Part shown: positions 35,703 through 49,503 of the stretch, piece after piece | Layout: every line of letters starts with the position of its first letter | Numbering within the stretch: position 1 is the stretch's first letter | Origin: Mobula hypostoma | Lineage: Eukaryota | Direction: 5' to 3' | DNA: 64,000 nucleotides | Assembly (NCBI RefSeq): GCF_963921235.1 | Contig: NC_086108.1 | Location: 31,932,001 to 31,996,000, forward strand | The notes under the pieces: model-generated | Database searches by the model: none | Told to the model about the DNA's origin: nothing | The model's input: only the letters and a program-made list of their open reading frames with translations | Made by a program: the position numbers and the translations under genes

Positions 35703-36531
35703 TGTAGGGTATTTCATTTAGTAGCCTTCTGTAGGAGCAGTGTGTCCTGCTGGTAGCATGTTTGGGTTTTTGGCTGAAGATGAGGGGCTAGGATGTTCAA
35801 CTTAGGAATGTTGTGTCAGCCAACCAGGGTGGTGGAATTGGGAGAAGGTTCCAGAGACAGATGGGTGGAGAGAGATTCGTATCAGACATTGGTGGGGTTC
35901 ATGGTCTTTTTGGCAGGATCTGCGGAGTGGACAGGAGGGAAGATAGCCGAGGATGCCATGGGAAGGAGCGTCCCTGTTGCACAAGATGCTTTGTGCAGAT
36001 GAATGGCTCCAAGGAGGAAAGGCCAATACTCCTGAGAGAGAGAGAGCCCATTTGTTCGAGATGGATGTCGAGTGAAGCTCGGAATGTGGGGTGTGCTTTC
36101 CCACAGACCGTGGATCCAGCGTGTGAGTAAAAAGACAAGATGATCTCCAACAATATGCACATTTAGTCCGGCTTACTGTAATGTGCCCTTTTATTTTTTT
36201 TCCCCCTTTTTCTTTTTCCTACTAATTGTTCAATAAAGCTGAAGTTTGAACTTTCTTTATAATTTTATGTGGTGTCCGATTTGTTGCTTCTTGCCGACGG
36301 ACAATTGTGTATGGGCAGTATTTACCCAGCATTTGCTCAAATCAAGGTTTCTTTAATCAGAACATCACGACATTCTTGTTTGGTTGAACCTCAAATCATA
36401 CCACAGGCCTTGACACCTATTCTTTATGAAGGGTGCCCTTCTGACCTCTGCGTCCTGTCTGTGGCTCTTAGCAGGGCTGGCTAACAAGCTAAGTCTCATA
36501 TGAGCCCTGTGAGGGGGCTGCATATATTACA
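35703..36531 (+). mobile_element. Probable solo LTR (~830 bp)
   Basis: TGTA...TACA termini, internal AATAAA (~36232) followed by T/GT-rich sequence, no credible ORF; no TSD found. Confidence 0.5.
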
Positions 36532-36614
36532 GGAAAATTTTAATGTCTTTCTGAGTATGTGTCTAATGGTTGAACAAATTAACTTTAAAATATTAAGACT
36601 CAAAGCAAAATAAC

Positions 36615-37290
36615 ATTAGTGTGGAGCAGTTAGTCCTGCTGCCTCACGGCTCCTGAGACCCAGGTTTGATCCTGATTTCCAATGCTGTTGCTGCTCCAAT
36701 TCCGATCCAGTGCTGCCCCGGTTTCCTTCCACATCCCAGAGATATGTTGATATGTTAATTGACTGCTGTAAGTGACCCCTTAGTGTGGATTAATGGCACA
36801 AAGAATCAGAAGGGAGCTGACATACAGGTATGAGAGGCAGTGGAGGCACGGTAATGTGGCAGTTAGCAAAACGCCATTAAACTCAGGTTGTTCCAGAGTT
36901 CAGAGTTCAGAGTTCAAAGTTCAAAGTTCAATTCTGGTGCCATTCGGTAATGAATCTCTGTACATCCTCCCCATGGAATTCACGGGTTTTCCCCAGGTGC
37001 TCTGGGTTCCTCCCACTGTCCTTAGACATAACGGGAAGGTTAATTGGTCCTTGTAAATTGTCCCGTGATTAAGTTAGGGTTAATCGGGGTTGTGGAGTTG
37101 CTGGGGCAGTGTAGCCCCAAAGGTCGGAAAGGCCAACCCTGCACTGTATCGCTAAATAAATAAACAGACAAAGTTGTGGGGTTGCAGAGAAATAAGAAGG
37201 GAATATAAGTAATGGAATTATTTTCCCTGAAGCTGGCATGAACCCAGTGGGCTGAGTGTGTGTTGTTAGGAGCATTTAGGTAAGAACGTT
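36615..37290 (+). mobile_element. Two nested tRNA-derived V-core-type SINEs
   Basis: First head GCTGCCTCACGGCTCCTGAGACCCAGGTTTGATCC plus core; second SINE ~36845-37165 ending AAATAAATAAA. Confidence 0.7.
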
Positions 37291-40000
37291 TGGCTGGCCC
37301 CTGATGGTTTGCAGTGGTATTTCTCAATTTTAAGTTTTCCGAGTGTGCCAATAAACTTTAGGGGGTTCTCAAACACTTCATCCCATGAGCAAAGTGGGCC
37401 CAACACTGGGTGCAACTTTGAATCACAGTTTAGGGTTGCTCTCGGGCAGCATCCACTCAGTATTGGGGGAGAGAGGGGGTGGGAGATGAAGTGGAACAAA
37501 GAGGTGAGGAGAAAATTAAGAGAACCACTCGTGGATAAGTGCGACAAAGGGAAAGTGGAAGATGAAAGTACAGCCGGAGGGCAGGAGCTGAACTTGTCCA
37601 CTGATGGGTTCTTGAGTTGTTTAGCTGGAAGAATTTCAGTTTCATTGTGAGTGCTACCACCTTTGCAAACATAATGACTAACTCTACCCTGTCAGTGTAT
37701 CGAACTCTACAAACCCAGAGGCCGCAGTGTACCTTCATTCTGTTGGTGATGCACTGCACCCCAGGGCTGGGATATGAGCAACAAACAAATGATATTCTGC
37801 TTATTTCTGCTTCTCACAATAATAAAAGCAAGGTTAGCACACCTTGAGGCTGCAGATTTGCTTTGGGGCTGACACATTCCCACAACCAGAGAGCTATTGT
37901 AACGCATGAAAGTAAGCTACTGGCAACATGCATAAAGAACCCTCAATGAGCATTTGAGAGTAAACATAATAACAAGCCTGACTGTTGAGCTAGCCAAGAC
38001 ATAATAAAATCTACATGATTCACTCTTTCCAAAAAGAAACTGCAATGACGCACCATGTGATGGAGGCGAGGTACACTGCTCTGTTTGAAAGGAGAGCTAA
38101 CCAAATGATTTATTTTTGCTTGTGCTGTCTTAGGCAGATCATTGCGAACTCTGGCTGAGCCAGTCCCCAAATTCACTGCTCCCGCTGCTGGGTTAGCAGG
38201 AAAACTATGGGGTAAAGCCATTACCAGAAAAGTTAGTCATGTACATAGGTCCACTCAGAACCATAGGAAATTACAAATTCAACAGAGATATACATTGTGT
38301 GACACATTAAAGCAAAAATGCTCTACGCCACAGGATTCCCCAGACATTTTCCAATCAAAGCCATGCGTTTCGGAGAGACGCCAAGTGGGTACAAGGTAAT
38401 TGAAGCTAGAGAAAAGGGAGAGATGGCTAAAAAGATGCCAACAGCAGCCAGTTCAAGAGGCCTGGGGACAGTTCATTTATTCTGTTCTTTTGCTTGAGGA
38501 AGTACATAATGGAAGAGATCTAAAAGAGGAAAGAAAGAAATTTGTTATATGGGAGGGGGATATTGAAAACACCCACTCATATGCATCACAGCTGTGTAAC
38601 ATAAAATGCCCCTTCAGAGCAGCGTGCTGAATCCGAGGTATAAATATGCACTGAGCTCACATTAATAAATCACAGCATGTCCTGTGGGTGGGTACCAAAG
38701 AGCTCTTTCAGTTATGATCCAAATTACCATTATTTAAAAACTGCACTTTCAAAAAACGTGATATTTAAGTATAGAACCAAATGTTTTCCTTTAAAACAAG
38801 GAATCAAAATTTGCTCTGCCAGAATGTGAAACCAGCTGTTTCAACAAATTCTTAAACGTGTGGCTAGACCGCGTTTGGAAAAAAAAGTCAAGCAATCAAA
38901 GTGAATCATCGATGCTCACCTTGGGTTTCAAATGTATTATTGCTGAATAATAAATGGGGCTGTAAGGTTTGGTAATGGGGCGGTGGGTTGCACAGGCCAA
39001 CATGAGATACTCTTTGCGGTCAACAATCTCCTTCATTACATACAGTCTGGAGAGAGATCCGGTCTGATATGCAGTTATTCAATCATGTGACCAAGGGCTG
39101 TCACAGGGAGTCTCCAGCCTGTTAAATTCAGCAACATTGCTGCGTCATATTTCTCATTGCCCCCACCTTCCAGACCCGTGCTGAGACAATTGTAAGTCCA
39201 AATGGAAAGTAATTCTCCACGGCTCTCAATTTGGTGTCAATTCTTGCAGCAGCAGAGATAGGAACTCCTGATAATCAAATCTGCCATCATACTTGAGGCT
39301 GGACCCTTTGCATATCTGTTCAGATAAGCATCTTGATGTGCCCAGTAGGAAACATTTAAGCATGAAAGGCCTCTCAATTTACTTCAAACCCCAACTTTCG
39401 GGGCAAGAAACGTAACTGGGGGAGGGCAGAATTGATTACTCTGCCTGGGTCCCACTCACCAATCCAATCCCATTTCCTTGTAGAGGGGCATTTTTTAGAG
39501 TTAACCCTTTGAAGATCAAATTCCACTTAATGGAAATGAATTTAAAATTTCACTCAAATCAAACAGGCAAAGATTTCAAAGTGCATCAGAATTCCTCCCC
39601 AGGCTATTCATTCACTCCAGTTTTTTTGCGGGCACACGATCTGTGGCATTGTTTAGTGCAGCCCCAGAGAAAGGGGCAGGTTCTTCCCCACCCCTCCTAC
39701 TTTCACCCTATTCACCAACCGCACTGGTGTCTGACCTGAGGGAATATTTCAAGGCAAGCGAGCAACTGATTCAGGGCCGTTCTAACATTTTAGTTTCCCT
39801 GGGTTGCAATAGAGCCATCTGCTTTATAGTCAATATAATAAATAAATTGAGTGGCGGTTTGGAAGATCGGATGTCACTCTTCAAGTGATAACGAGGTACC
39901 AAGTATGTTACCAGGAAATATCTTTTAAATACTAACTTATTAAATTCAGTTACATGTGTTCAGTTGCTTCGTTTGTTCTCGCTGCTGCCTCACACAAGAG

Positions 40001-40065
40001 CAGGGGTTCCCACCTGTTTTTTGCCGTGGGCCCCTACCATTAACTGAGGAGTCTGGGAACCCCTG
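40001..40065. mobile_element. 65-bp miniature hAT (Charlie-type) remnant
   Basis: Perfect 12-bp TIRs CAGGGGTTCCCA / TGGGAACCCCTG; right flank CTCTAGTG fits the Charlie target but the left flank differs. Confidence 0.75.
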
Positions 40066-40270
40066 CTCTAGTGCTATAGCTTCTGTTCTCTATTTAATAT
40101 TTAAGTAATATTAGAGTAATCTCGTAAATATATTGTTTGTTTAAATAATTCATTACGGGTTATATGTATACATATGTGAATTGCATATGTCATCCCGCTA
40201 CCACGAGATACTTGTGCGCCTCATGTAAAGTAAACTCGAAGTTAGACCCACATTTTGGAATCCTGTGTCT

Positions 40271-43200
40271 TAGAAGCATAGAAACGTAGAAAGCCTACAG
40301 CACAATACAGGCCCTTCGGCCCACAGAGCTGTGCTGAACATGTCCTTACCTTAGAAATTACCTAGGGTTACCCATAGTCCTCTATTTATCTAAGCTCCAT
40401 GTACCAATCTAGGAGTCTCTTAAAAGACCCTATCGTATCTGCCTCCACCACTGTCGCTGGCAGCCCATTCCACACACTCACCACTCTCTACATTAAAAAC
40501 TTACCCCTGACATCTCCTCTGTAACTACTTCCAGGTACCTTAAAACTGTGCCCTCTCGTGCTAGCCATTTCAGCCATGGGAAAAAACCTCTGACTATCCA
40601 CATGATCAATGCCTCTCATCACCTTGTACACCTCTATTAGGTCACCTCTCATCCTTCGTCGCTCCAAGGAGAAAAGGCCGAGTTCACTCGACCTATTCTC
40701 ATAAGGCATGCTCCCCAATCCAGGCAACATCCTTATAAATCCCCTCTGCAACTTTTCAATGGTTTCCACGTCCTTCCTGTAGTGAGATGACCAGAACTGA
40801 GCACAGTACTCCAACTGGGGTCTGACCAGGGTCCCCTAGAGCTGCTACATTACCTCTCAGCTCTTAATCCCACGACTGATGAAGGCCAATGCACCGTATG
40901 CCCTCTTAACCACAGAGTCAACCAAAATGAACCACCTCACACTTATCTGGGTTGAACTCCATCTGCCACTTCTCAGCACAGTTTTTCATCCTATCAATAT
41001 CCCACTATAACCTCTGACAGCCCTCCACACTATCCGCAACACCCCCAACCTTTGTGTCATCAGCAAATTTACTAACCCATCCCTCCACTTCCTCATCCAG
41101 GTCATTTGTAAAAATCACAAAGAGTAGGGATCCCAGAACAGATCCCTGAGGCACACCACTGGTGACCAACCTCCATGCAGAATATGACCCGTCTATAACC
41201 ACTCTTTGCCTTCTGTGGGCAAGCCAGTTCTGGATCCACAAAGCAATGTCCCCTTGGATCCCACACCTCTTACTTTCTCAATAAGCCTTGCATGGGGTAC
41301 CTGATCAAATGCCTTGCTGAAATCCATATACACTACATCTACTGCTCTACCTTCATCAACGTGTTTAGTCACATCCTCAAAAAATTCAATTAGGCTCATA
41401 AGGCACGGCCTGTCTTTGACAAAGCCATGCTGACTATTCCTAATCATATTATGCCTCTTCAAATGTTCATAAATCCTGCTCTCAGGATCTTTTCTATCAA
41501 TTTACCAACCACTGAAGTAAGACTCACTGGTCTGTAATTTCCTCGGCTATCTCTAAGCCCTTTCTTGGATAAGGGAACAATATCCACAACCCTCCAATCC
41601 TCTGGAACCTCTCCCTTCTCCATTGATGATGCAAATATCATTGCCAGAGGCTCAGCAATCTCCTTCCTTGCCTCCCACAGTAGCCTGGGGTACATCTCGT
41701 CTGATCCTGGTGACTTATCCAACTTGATGCTTTCCAAAAGCTGCAGCACATTCTCTTCCTTAATATCTACATGCTCAAGCTTTTCAGTCCGCTGTAAGTC
41801 ATCACTACAATCGCCAAGATCCTTTTCCGTAGTGAATACCGAAGCAAAGTATTCATTAAGTACCTCTGCGATCTCCTCCGGTTCCATACACACTTTTCCA
41901 CTGTCACACTTGATTGGTTCTATTCTCTCATGTCTTATCCTCTTGCTCTTCACATAGTTGTAGAATGCCTTGGGGTTTTCCTTAATCCTGTCCCCTTCTC
42001 ATGGCCCCTTCTGGCTCTCCTAATTTATTTCTTAAGCTCCTTCCTGCCAGCCTTATAATCTTCTAGATCTCTATCATTACCTAGTTTTTTCAACCTTTCA
42101 TAAGCTCTTCTTTTTTTTCTTGACTAGATTTACAACAGCCTTTATACATCATGGTTCCAGTACCTTATCATCCTTTTCCTGTCTCATTGGAACATACCTA
42201 TGCAGAACACCACGCAAATATCCCCTGAACATTTGCCATATTTCTTCCGTACATTTCCCTGAGAACATCTGTTTCCAATTTACACGTCCAAGTTTCTGCC
42301 TGATAGCCTCATATTTCCCCTTACTCCAAATAAACACTTTCCTAACTTGTCTGTTCCTATCCCTCTCCAATGCTATGGTAAAGGAGGTAGAATTATGATC
42401 ACTATCTCCAAAATGCTCTCCCACTGAGAGATCTGACACCTGACCAGGTTCATTTCCCAATACCAGATTAAGTACAGCCTCTCCACTTGTAGGCTTATCT
42501 ACATATTGTGTCAAGAAACCTTCCAGAACACACCTAACAAACTCCACACCATCTAAACCCCTCGCTCTAAGGAGATGCCAATCAATTTTTGGGAAATTAA
42601 AATCTCCCACCACAACAACCCTGTTACTATTACACCTTCTCAGAATCTGTCTCCCTATCTGCTCCTCGTAGTCTATAAAAAACACTCAGTAAAGTTATTG
42701 ATCCCTTCCTGTTCCTAACTTCCACCCACAGAGACTCCATAGACAATCCCTCCATGTCTTCCTCCTTTTCTGCAGCCGTGACACTATCTTTGATAAACAG
42801 TACCATACCCCCACCTCTTTTGTCTCCCTCCCTGTCCTTTCTGAAACATCCAAAGCCTGGCCCTCGAAGTAACCATTCCTGCCCCTGAGCCACCCAAGTC
42901 TCTGTAATGGCCACCACATCATAGCTCCAAGTACTGATCCATGCTCTAAGCTCATCCGCTTTGTTCACAATACTCCTTGCATTAAAATAGACACATCTCA
43001 AACCATCGGTCTGAGCACATCCCTTCTCTATCACCTGCCTATCCTCCCTCACACACTGTCTCCAAGCTTTCTCTATTTGTGAGCCAACTGCCTCTTCCTC
43101 CATCTTTTCAGTTCAGTTCCCACCTCCCAGCAATTCTAGTTTAAACTCCCCCCAACAGCCTTTGCAAACTTCCCTGGCAGGATATTGGTCACCCTGGGAT

Positions 43201-43388
43201 TCAAGTGCAAACCATCCTTGTACAAGTCATGCCTGCCTCAAAAGAGGTCCCAATGATCCAGAAATCTGAATCCCTGCCTTCTGCTCCAATCCGTCAGCCA
43301 CACATTCATCCTCCACCTCATCCTATTCCTATACTCACTGTCGCATGGCACAGGCTGTAATCCCGGGATTACTACCTTTGAGGTCATG
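40271..43388 (-). mobile_element. Long CR1 LINE (~3.1 kb): ORF1 end, APE endonuclease, RT, tail; internal deletion near 40920
   Basis: CVYFNARSIVNK, VAITETW, FRKDREGDKRGGG, VVGDFNFP, GDSDHNS, DKSPGSDEMYPRLL, NYRPVSLTSVVGK, SKFADDTK; (TTTCTATG)n tail. Confidence 0.95.
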
Positions 43389-43394
43389 CTGCTG

Positions 43395-43555
43395 GATCAA
43401 GCTGCAGGAGGTGCTCAGGAGGCTGGGCAACGTTTGTAGAGGGAAATGAACAATTGACATTTCAGTTTCAGAGCCTTCAACTAGACTGAAAGAGTAAAGG
43501 GGAGACAGCAAGTACAGGGAGGTGAGCAGGAAAGCTGGAGCAAGAGACGGCAAGC
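43395..43555 (-). mobile_element. Degenerate Penelope tail
   Basis: Minus strand TTCAGTCTAGTTGAAGGCTCTGAAACTGAAATGTCAATTG...TTTCCCCT...GTTGCCCAGCCTCCTGAG. Confidence 0.65.
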
Positions 43556-44179
43556 TGAATCCATTTAGTTAAACTGCTGATCTTGCATCTCGAATCTCTA
43601 ATTGCAAACTCAGCCTAGACTGATGGGATCATCACTTCGTGGTGGCCAGAGTGAGATGGCAGGAAATGGGGAAATTGCACCTTTATGTGAAGGGATGTTG
43701 GGCCAGAGCTAGCAACAGCAGCAGAGGAGAGGTGGCATTTGTTGTCACATAAAGCACAACCTCATTCAGGTATGTTAGACATGCAAATGGCACCTATCAG
43801 AAACCAACCATTCAGGATATTCCACATTCAGAATATTCCAACCGTTCCACAGACTATTTGGCTGTTATGTGGACTTGTCTTGCTTTTTTGGACCTTATTT
43901 AACCATGTCAGGTTCTGTGGAGACCGGGCTCTGTTCCCAGTAATCAGTGTATCCAACCAGCAAAGTTGTATCTGTGTGAGGAGCAGGGTCACTGTTGGGC
44001 TAGTAAGCTGTCTTGTTTTGGCATGATACACCTATCAACCAATCATCAGCCACTGTGTGCAGGACAGAGCGATCTCATCGCTTGGCCAGTGATGCTGACC
44101 CTGGCTCCCTGAACTTCACAGGCTCTGCCAAGTATGCACAAGTACCTAGAGGTCTGTTTGCCTAAAGGTAAAACTTATA

Positions 44180-45410
44180 ACATAGAACAGTATAGGGTTT
44201 TTGGCCCACTATGTTATGCCAACCTGTATAAACCTTTATCAATCTAACACTTCCCTCCTGTGTATATAACCCTTAAGCCTCTATTTTTCTCAAATGTTCA
44301 TGCCTGTTTAATTGTCTTTTAAATGTCTTTATTGCATCAGCCTCAACCACCAAGTTCAAGCTCAGGTTTAGGTTCAGTTTATTGTCATTCAACTGTACAC
44401 ATGTATACTGCCAAATGAAACAACATTCCTCTGGACCAAGGTGCACAGCACAGTTCATACAACTCACACACTTAACACATAAAGTGATAGTATCACAAAT
44501 AAATTAACAAATAATAAGGTGCATCTACGGCACAAGTGAACAAATAAACAGTATAATGCTATCGGTGTTTCACACGTGATGAGACCTGGGTGGTGGTGGA
44601 GGGGGGGGGGGGAAGAAGCTGTTTCCCATCTGTACAGTTCTTGTCCTAATACTACAGTACCTCCTGCCTGATGGTCAGGGATCAAGGAACTTGCTGGACA
44701 GATGGGAGGAATCATTGACAATGTTAAGGACCCTGTGCACACAGCACTCCTGAAAAATATCTCTGATGGTGGAGGAGAGACCCTGATGGTACTCTGCAGT
44801 CCTTGCAATCGCCTTCGCAGGGACTCGCCATCAGATGCCTTGCAATTCCGTACCAGATGATGATGCAGCTGGTCAGGACACTCCTGTAAAAATTGGTTAG
44901 GGTGGGTGGAGAGCCTCACTCACCTCAGCCTCCTCAGGAAGTGGAGAAACAACTAACACAATCTTCCAACAAGTGAAGGCCCGCATACCATACATCTACT
45001 TAATCACCATATCAACTTGTCTGGAAACTGAGAAATATATAGACTTGGACCCCAAAATGCCTCTGTTTCTCCACACTGCTAAAATTCCTGCCATTAACCC
45101 TGTATTCCACCTTCAAGTTCAATTTTCCAAAGTTTATCACTTTGTACTTTTTCTGGATTGAACTCCACCTGCCACTTCTCCACCCAAGAATGTATCCTGT
45201 CTATATCCCATTGTAACTATAACAATCCTCTACGCTAACCACACCACCACCAATCTTTTTGTCACCTCTAAAGTTACTAACCCACTCTTACACTTTCTCA
45301 TCCAAGTCATTGACAAAAAAACCACAAAGAGCAGGAGTCCCAGAACAGACCCCTGCAGAGCACCACTAATCACTGACCTCCAGGCAGAATATGCACCGTC
45401 TACTACTTAT
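44180..45410 (-). mobile_element. Degraded CR1 split by a Rex1-type LINE 3' fragment (~44355-44948, minus)
   Basis: CR1 tail 44180-44350 (VVEADAIKTFKRQLNRH) and RT 44950-45410; inner element with (TGAACT/C)n tail and FLRRLR-type start. Confidence 0.75.
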
Positions 45411-46149
45411 TCTCCCTTCGAATGCCAAGGGCCAGAATTCCCTGTTTGCCATCTGGTCCCAAGCCTGATTTTATACATGGGCCAGGTCAACGACACGTCT
45501 CTATTCAACAGGCTCTGACAACAAAACAATCAGCATTACTGACACTAATTCCAGATCTGAATTTAACATTCTCAGCTGCCACAACAGGATTTAAGCTCTT
45601 GTCCAGATTGCCGGTCCAGCAACTACAGTCTGATTGACAATGGGACAGTATTGGACAAAGACTTCCATAGCTGCCATAGCATACCTTCAGAGGGCCATAT
45701 TGTGTCCCTTATTCCAGAATAATCACAACCACTGATAGATGCAGTCAATTGTAAACCTACTGAGATTTTTTGCTGCTAAAATGTACAATACAGCCTGTGA
45801 GCACATTATCTTTGCATTAGCTGAGCTTAAACTTACCAGTCAGATGGAGACAGTCTACACTGCCTAGCAACTTTACCGTGACTGGAAGGAGTTCAAGCCA
45901 CTGAAGATTTGGATACTCTGCCCTTCATACTTGCAGTGGGGGCTTGAATTCGATTGATATTTATAATTGCTACCTGCACAGGCTAAAGAACACATGTTCC
46001 ATTTAGAGTAACAGAATGGAGAGAAATAATGTCCTAGGTAGACCCATTTTCACACATACTTAAGACATCGTATTTAGCAATCATGATTGAATGGTGGAGC
46101 AGACTCGACGGGCTAAATGAGTTGATTTTGCTCCTATGTCTTATGGTCT

Positions 46150-46552
46150 TATCTCACTGTTGCCATCAGAAAGAAGGTACAGGAGCCTTAGAACTCACAC
46201 CACCAGGTTCAGGAACAGCTATTACCCCTCAACCACCAGGTTCTTGAACCAAAGGAGATAACATCACTTGCCCCGTCATTGAGATGTTCCCGCAAACTAT
46301 GGGCTCACTTTCAAGGACTCTTCATCTCATGTTTTTATTGCTAATTCATTTATTATTATTATTTCTTTCTATTTATATTTGCATAGTTTGTTGTCTTTTG
46401 TACACTGGTTGAATGCCTAGGTAGATGAGGTCTTCCATGTTATGGTTATTACTCTATGGATTTATTGAGTATGTCCACAAGAAAATGAATCTCAGGGTTG
46501 TATATGATGACATATATGTATTTGATATGATTATACATTTACTTCGAACTTT
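46150..46552 (+). mobile_element. Rex1/Babar-type LINE 3' end
   Basis: SLLPSERRYRSLRTHTTRFRNSYYPSTTRFLN followed by a T-rich UTR. Confidence 0.8.
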
Positions 46553-46800
46553 GATATATCAACAATATTTAATAGACCATTGGACAAGTACATGGATGGA
46601 AATGATATGGGCTAAATGCTGGCGCATGACATTGGTTTAGATGGGAATCTTGGTTGGCAGGATCCATTTAGATCTAAATGGATCTAACTTCCATTTAGAT
46701 TGGAAGCCATAGGGCTTGTGTTCTGTGCTGTATGACTATGTGACTCTAAGACAAGGGATGGAGGTAGGGGCACAGTTAAGTGAAATAGTCTAGCTGCTGT

Positions 46801-47497
46801 CAGAATCAAAATCAGAATCAGGTTTAATATCACCGGCATATGTTGTGAAATTTGTTAACTTTGCAGCAGCAGTTCAGTGCAGTACACAATAAATATAGAA
46901 AAAAATTGAATTACAGTAAGTATTTATGTATATTAAATAGTTAAATTAAAATAACTAGTGCAAAAAGAGAAATATAAAGAAGTGTTCTTGGGTTCAATGT
47001 CCATTTAGAAATCAGATGGCAGAGGGTGAGAAGCTGTTTCTGAATCGCTGAGTGTGTGCCTTCAGGCTTCTGTACCTCCTACCTGATGGTAACAATGAGA
47101 AGAAAGCATGTCCTGGGTGGTGGGGGTCCTTAATGATGGACTCTGCCATTCTGAGGCACTTCTCCTTGAAGATGTCTTGGATACTATGGAGGCCAGTACC
47201 CATGATTGAACTGACTAACTTTACCACTCTCTGCAGTTTACTTCGATCCTGTACAGTAGTGTTGCCCCCCTCCCCCATACCAGGTGGTGATGCAGCCAAT
47301 CAGAACACTCTCCAGGTACATCTATAGAGGTTTTCGAGTTTCAGGTGATAAACCAAATCTCCTCAAACTCCGAATGATATATAGTCATTGCTTTGCCTTC
47401 TTTATAGCTGCATGGATATATTGGGACCAGGTTAGACCCTCAGAGATCTTGACACCCAGGAATGTGAAATTAGTCACTCTCTCCACTTCTGATCCTT
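46801..47497 (-). mobile_element. Rex1/Babar-type LINE 3' fragment (family of 3527-4725)
   Basis: KLQRVVKLVSSIMG, IIKDPHHPGHAFFSLLPSGRRYRSLKAHTQRFRNSF; (TGATTC)n tail. Confidence 0.9.
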
Positions 47498-47536
47498 TCA
47501 CCCCCAAAGGGGGTATAATTTTGTGTCCTTCTGCAG

Positions 47537-47902
47537 AACACTCTCACCCAGTTGGGCAATACAGGCTGAACAAATTTTCACGACAACAAAGGTTGTTACT
47601 GAATGCGATCCTTCACTTGACAAAAGTTTTGCCGGACTACAACAAAGGCCAGAAAATAAACTGCACTTCTCCAGACTCAATTGGATCCGGATAAACACAC
47701 CATGTGCCTTTGGTGGGGGGGGGGGGAACCTATCCAGATGGGTCAACTGGACCTGGAAAAGCACCCCATCTGCCTTGGGGATCTCCAAGCAAAGAACAAC
47801 CACCTGGAGAATGATGGGCACAAATGTACTGATATCAGTCAGTGAGCTGCCTTCTTGGGAATCGGTGCTTTCAGATGGAGAAATTACACCTGTCCAAGGG
47901 CA
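47537..47902 (+). other. Candidate 366-bp exon, product unknown
   Basis: Acceptor TTTTGTGTCCTTCTGCAG|, donor GCA|GTAAGT, length divisible by 3, one frame open throughout; no recognisable domain. Confidence 0.3.
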
Positions 47903-49089
47903 GTAAGTTTTCATTTGGTTAAACTGGCTGGAATAAGATTCACTGTTTGGGATGGAGCTGACCCACTCCAAAACCTCAAAGGTCCACCTCCACCTTCTTC
48001 ACCACAACCTTCTTGGTATGGGGTACCAACATGAAACTCACTACCTGTTTAATAGATCCCTTTAGGAAGTTAACCCTTTCTCAATCAGAGGAGACTGGTA
48101 TTATTGCTAGCAATCAGCAAACTCATGGGAATGTCAAATATTTAACAATGAATATGATTTCAAAATAGCCACAATGCATAATGCTTTGTTGCCTGATGAG
48201 TAAGGATTCTCGTAATGCTTGGTAGCTTTTTTAGTCACTGAAAAACTACACTTGTAGATTGTAATCCATCGAGTCAGTGTCATGTAGCACGGGAACAGAT
48301 CTTTCAATGCACAATGTCATCATTGACCATAAAGTATCTCATTATATTGAATTCTTTTTAACTTTCTGTCTCAATGTAATATGGAATTTCCAACATTGAT
48401 TACACCGCTTTGAAATGATTACAATTTTAAATTATAATTGCAGCTTTTCTTTGCAGGTCAGGCAGCATCTGTGGTGAGAGAAGATGAAAGTAACACTTCA
48501 GGTTAATAACCATTCTCCCCATGAACCACATGATCTGAAGCATACTCTTTCCACAACTGCTATCTGATCTGCTGAGTAATTCCTGCATTTTTATGGTCTA
48601 TATTCATATCTGCAGCATCCGCTGTATTTTGATTTTGTGCACTCCTTTTCCAAATTAGTTTATTTTCAGGGAGAACTTTTCAAAGTGACTGAAAGCCAGG
48701 CAGCCTGTTGATATTATAGTTGGCAGATGCAAGAGATCGCTTTGAGCTGCAGTGTCAGACGCCAGAAAGGGGGGAGTCCACACCGCACAAATTTGATTTT
48801 TGTGGCAGCCTTCTTTAAGAACACCAGTGAGTTGCTGACCACAAAATCTTGGCCATTGCCTCCTTTCAGATGTAGAAGTAGTTCTTCACAGTAATTGAGT
48901 CATTTTTGCTGGAACTATTAAAAATATTAGTGGCAGTAACTCAAGAAATTTGTTCCAGATTTAACAAAGCAAATATGTGTTATGGTCTTTAAATAACACT
49001 GTTAATTTTATCATCTTTTCTTACAACTCAGATATTTCCTCCTTCAGTCATGTTTTCTACCTTATAGAATGCACTATAGCAGCTAAACC

Positions 49090-49390
49090 ATGGAGCGCCA
49101 TGGTATCGCAGCGGTTAGTGCAACGCTATTGCACCTCAGGGTGTTGGAGTTCAGAGTTCAATTCCAACGCCCTCTGTAAGGAGTTTGTACACTCTCCCCA
49201 TGAACGCATGCTTTTCCTCTCAGTGCACCGGTTTCCCTCCACAGTCCAAAGGCGCACTGGTTAGTAGGTTAATTGGTCATTATAAATTGTCCTGTGGTTA
49301 GGGTAGGGTTAAATAGGTGAGTAGCTGGGTGGTGCAGCTTTTTGGGCCAGAAGGGCCTGTTCTATACAGCATCTCCAAATAAATAAATAG
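49090..49390 (+). mobile_element. tRNA-derived V-core-type SINE
   Basis: GGTATCGCAGCGGTTAGTG head, GTTCAATTCC B-box-like, GGTTTCCCTCCACAGTCCAAAG...TTAATTGGTCATT core, AAATAAATAAA tail. Confidence 0.8.
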
Positions 49391-49503
49391 ATTCACCAAG
49401 GCATCTCCACTGTAGTTCCCAGACTTGCAATCACTACTTATACTAGAGTATTGTTATGCAAAAATTCCCTCCCAATATCCAGATATACCAGTCTGGATAA
49501 ACA

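Noticed and set aside
36893..36930. Short AGAGTTC/AAAGTTC repeats, and repeated mariner TIRs elsewhere, as a CRISPR-like array
   Set aside because: Slippage repeats within a SINE head and transposon TIRs; no repeat-spacer periodicity and no cas genes
49090..49170. tRNA gene
   Set aside because: A/B-box-like words belong to a SINE head continuing into core and tail; no full cloverleaf
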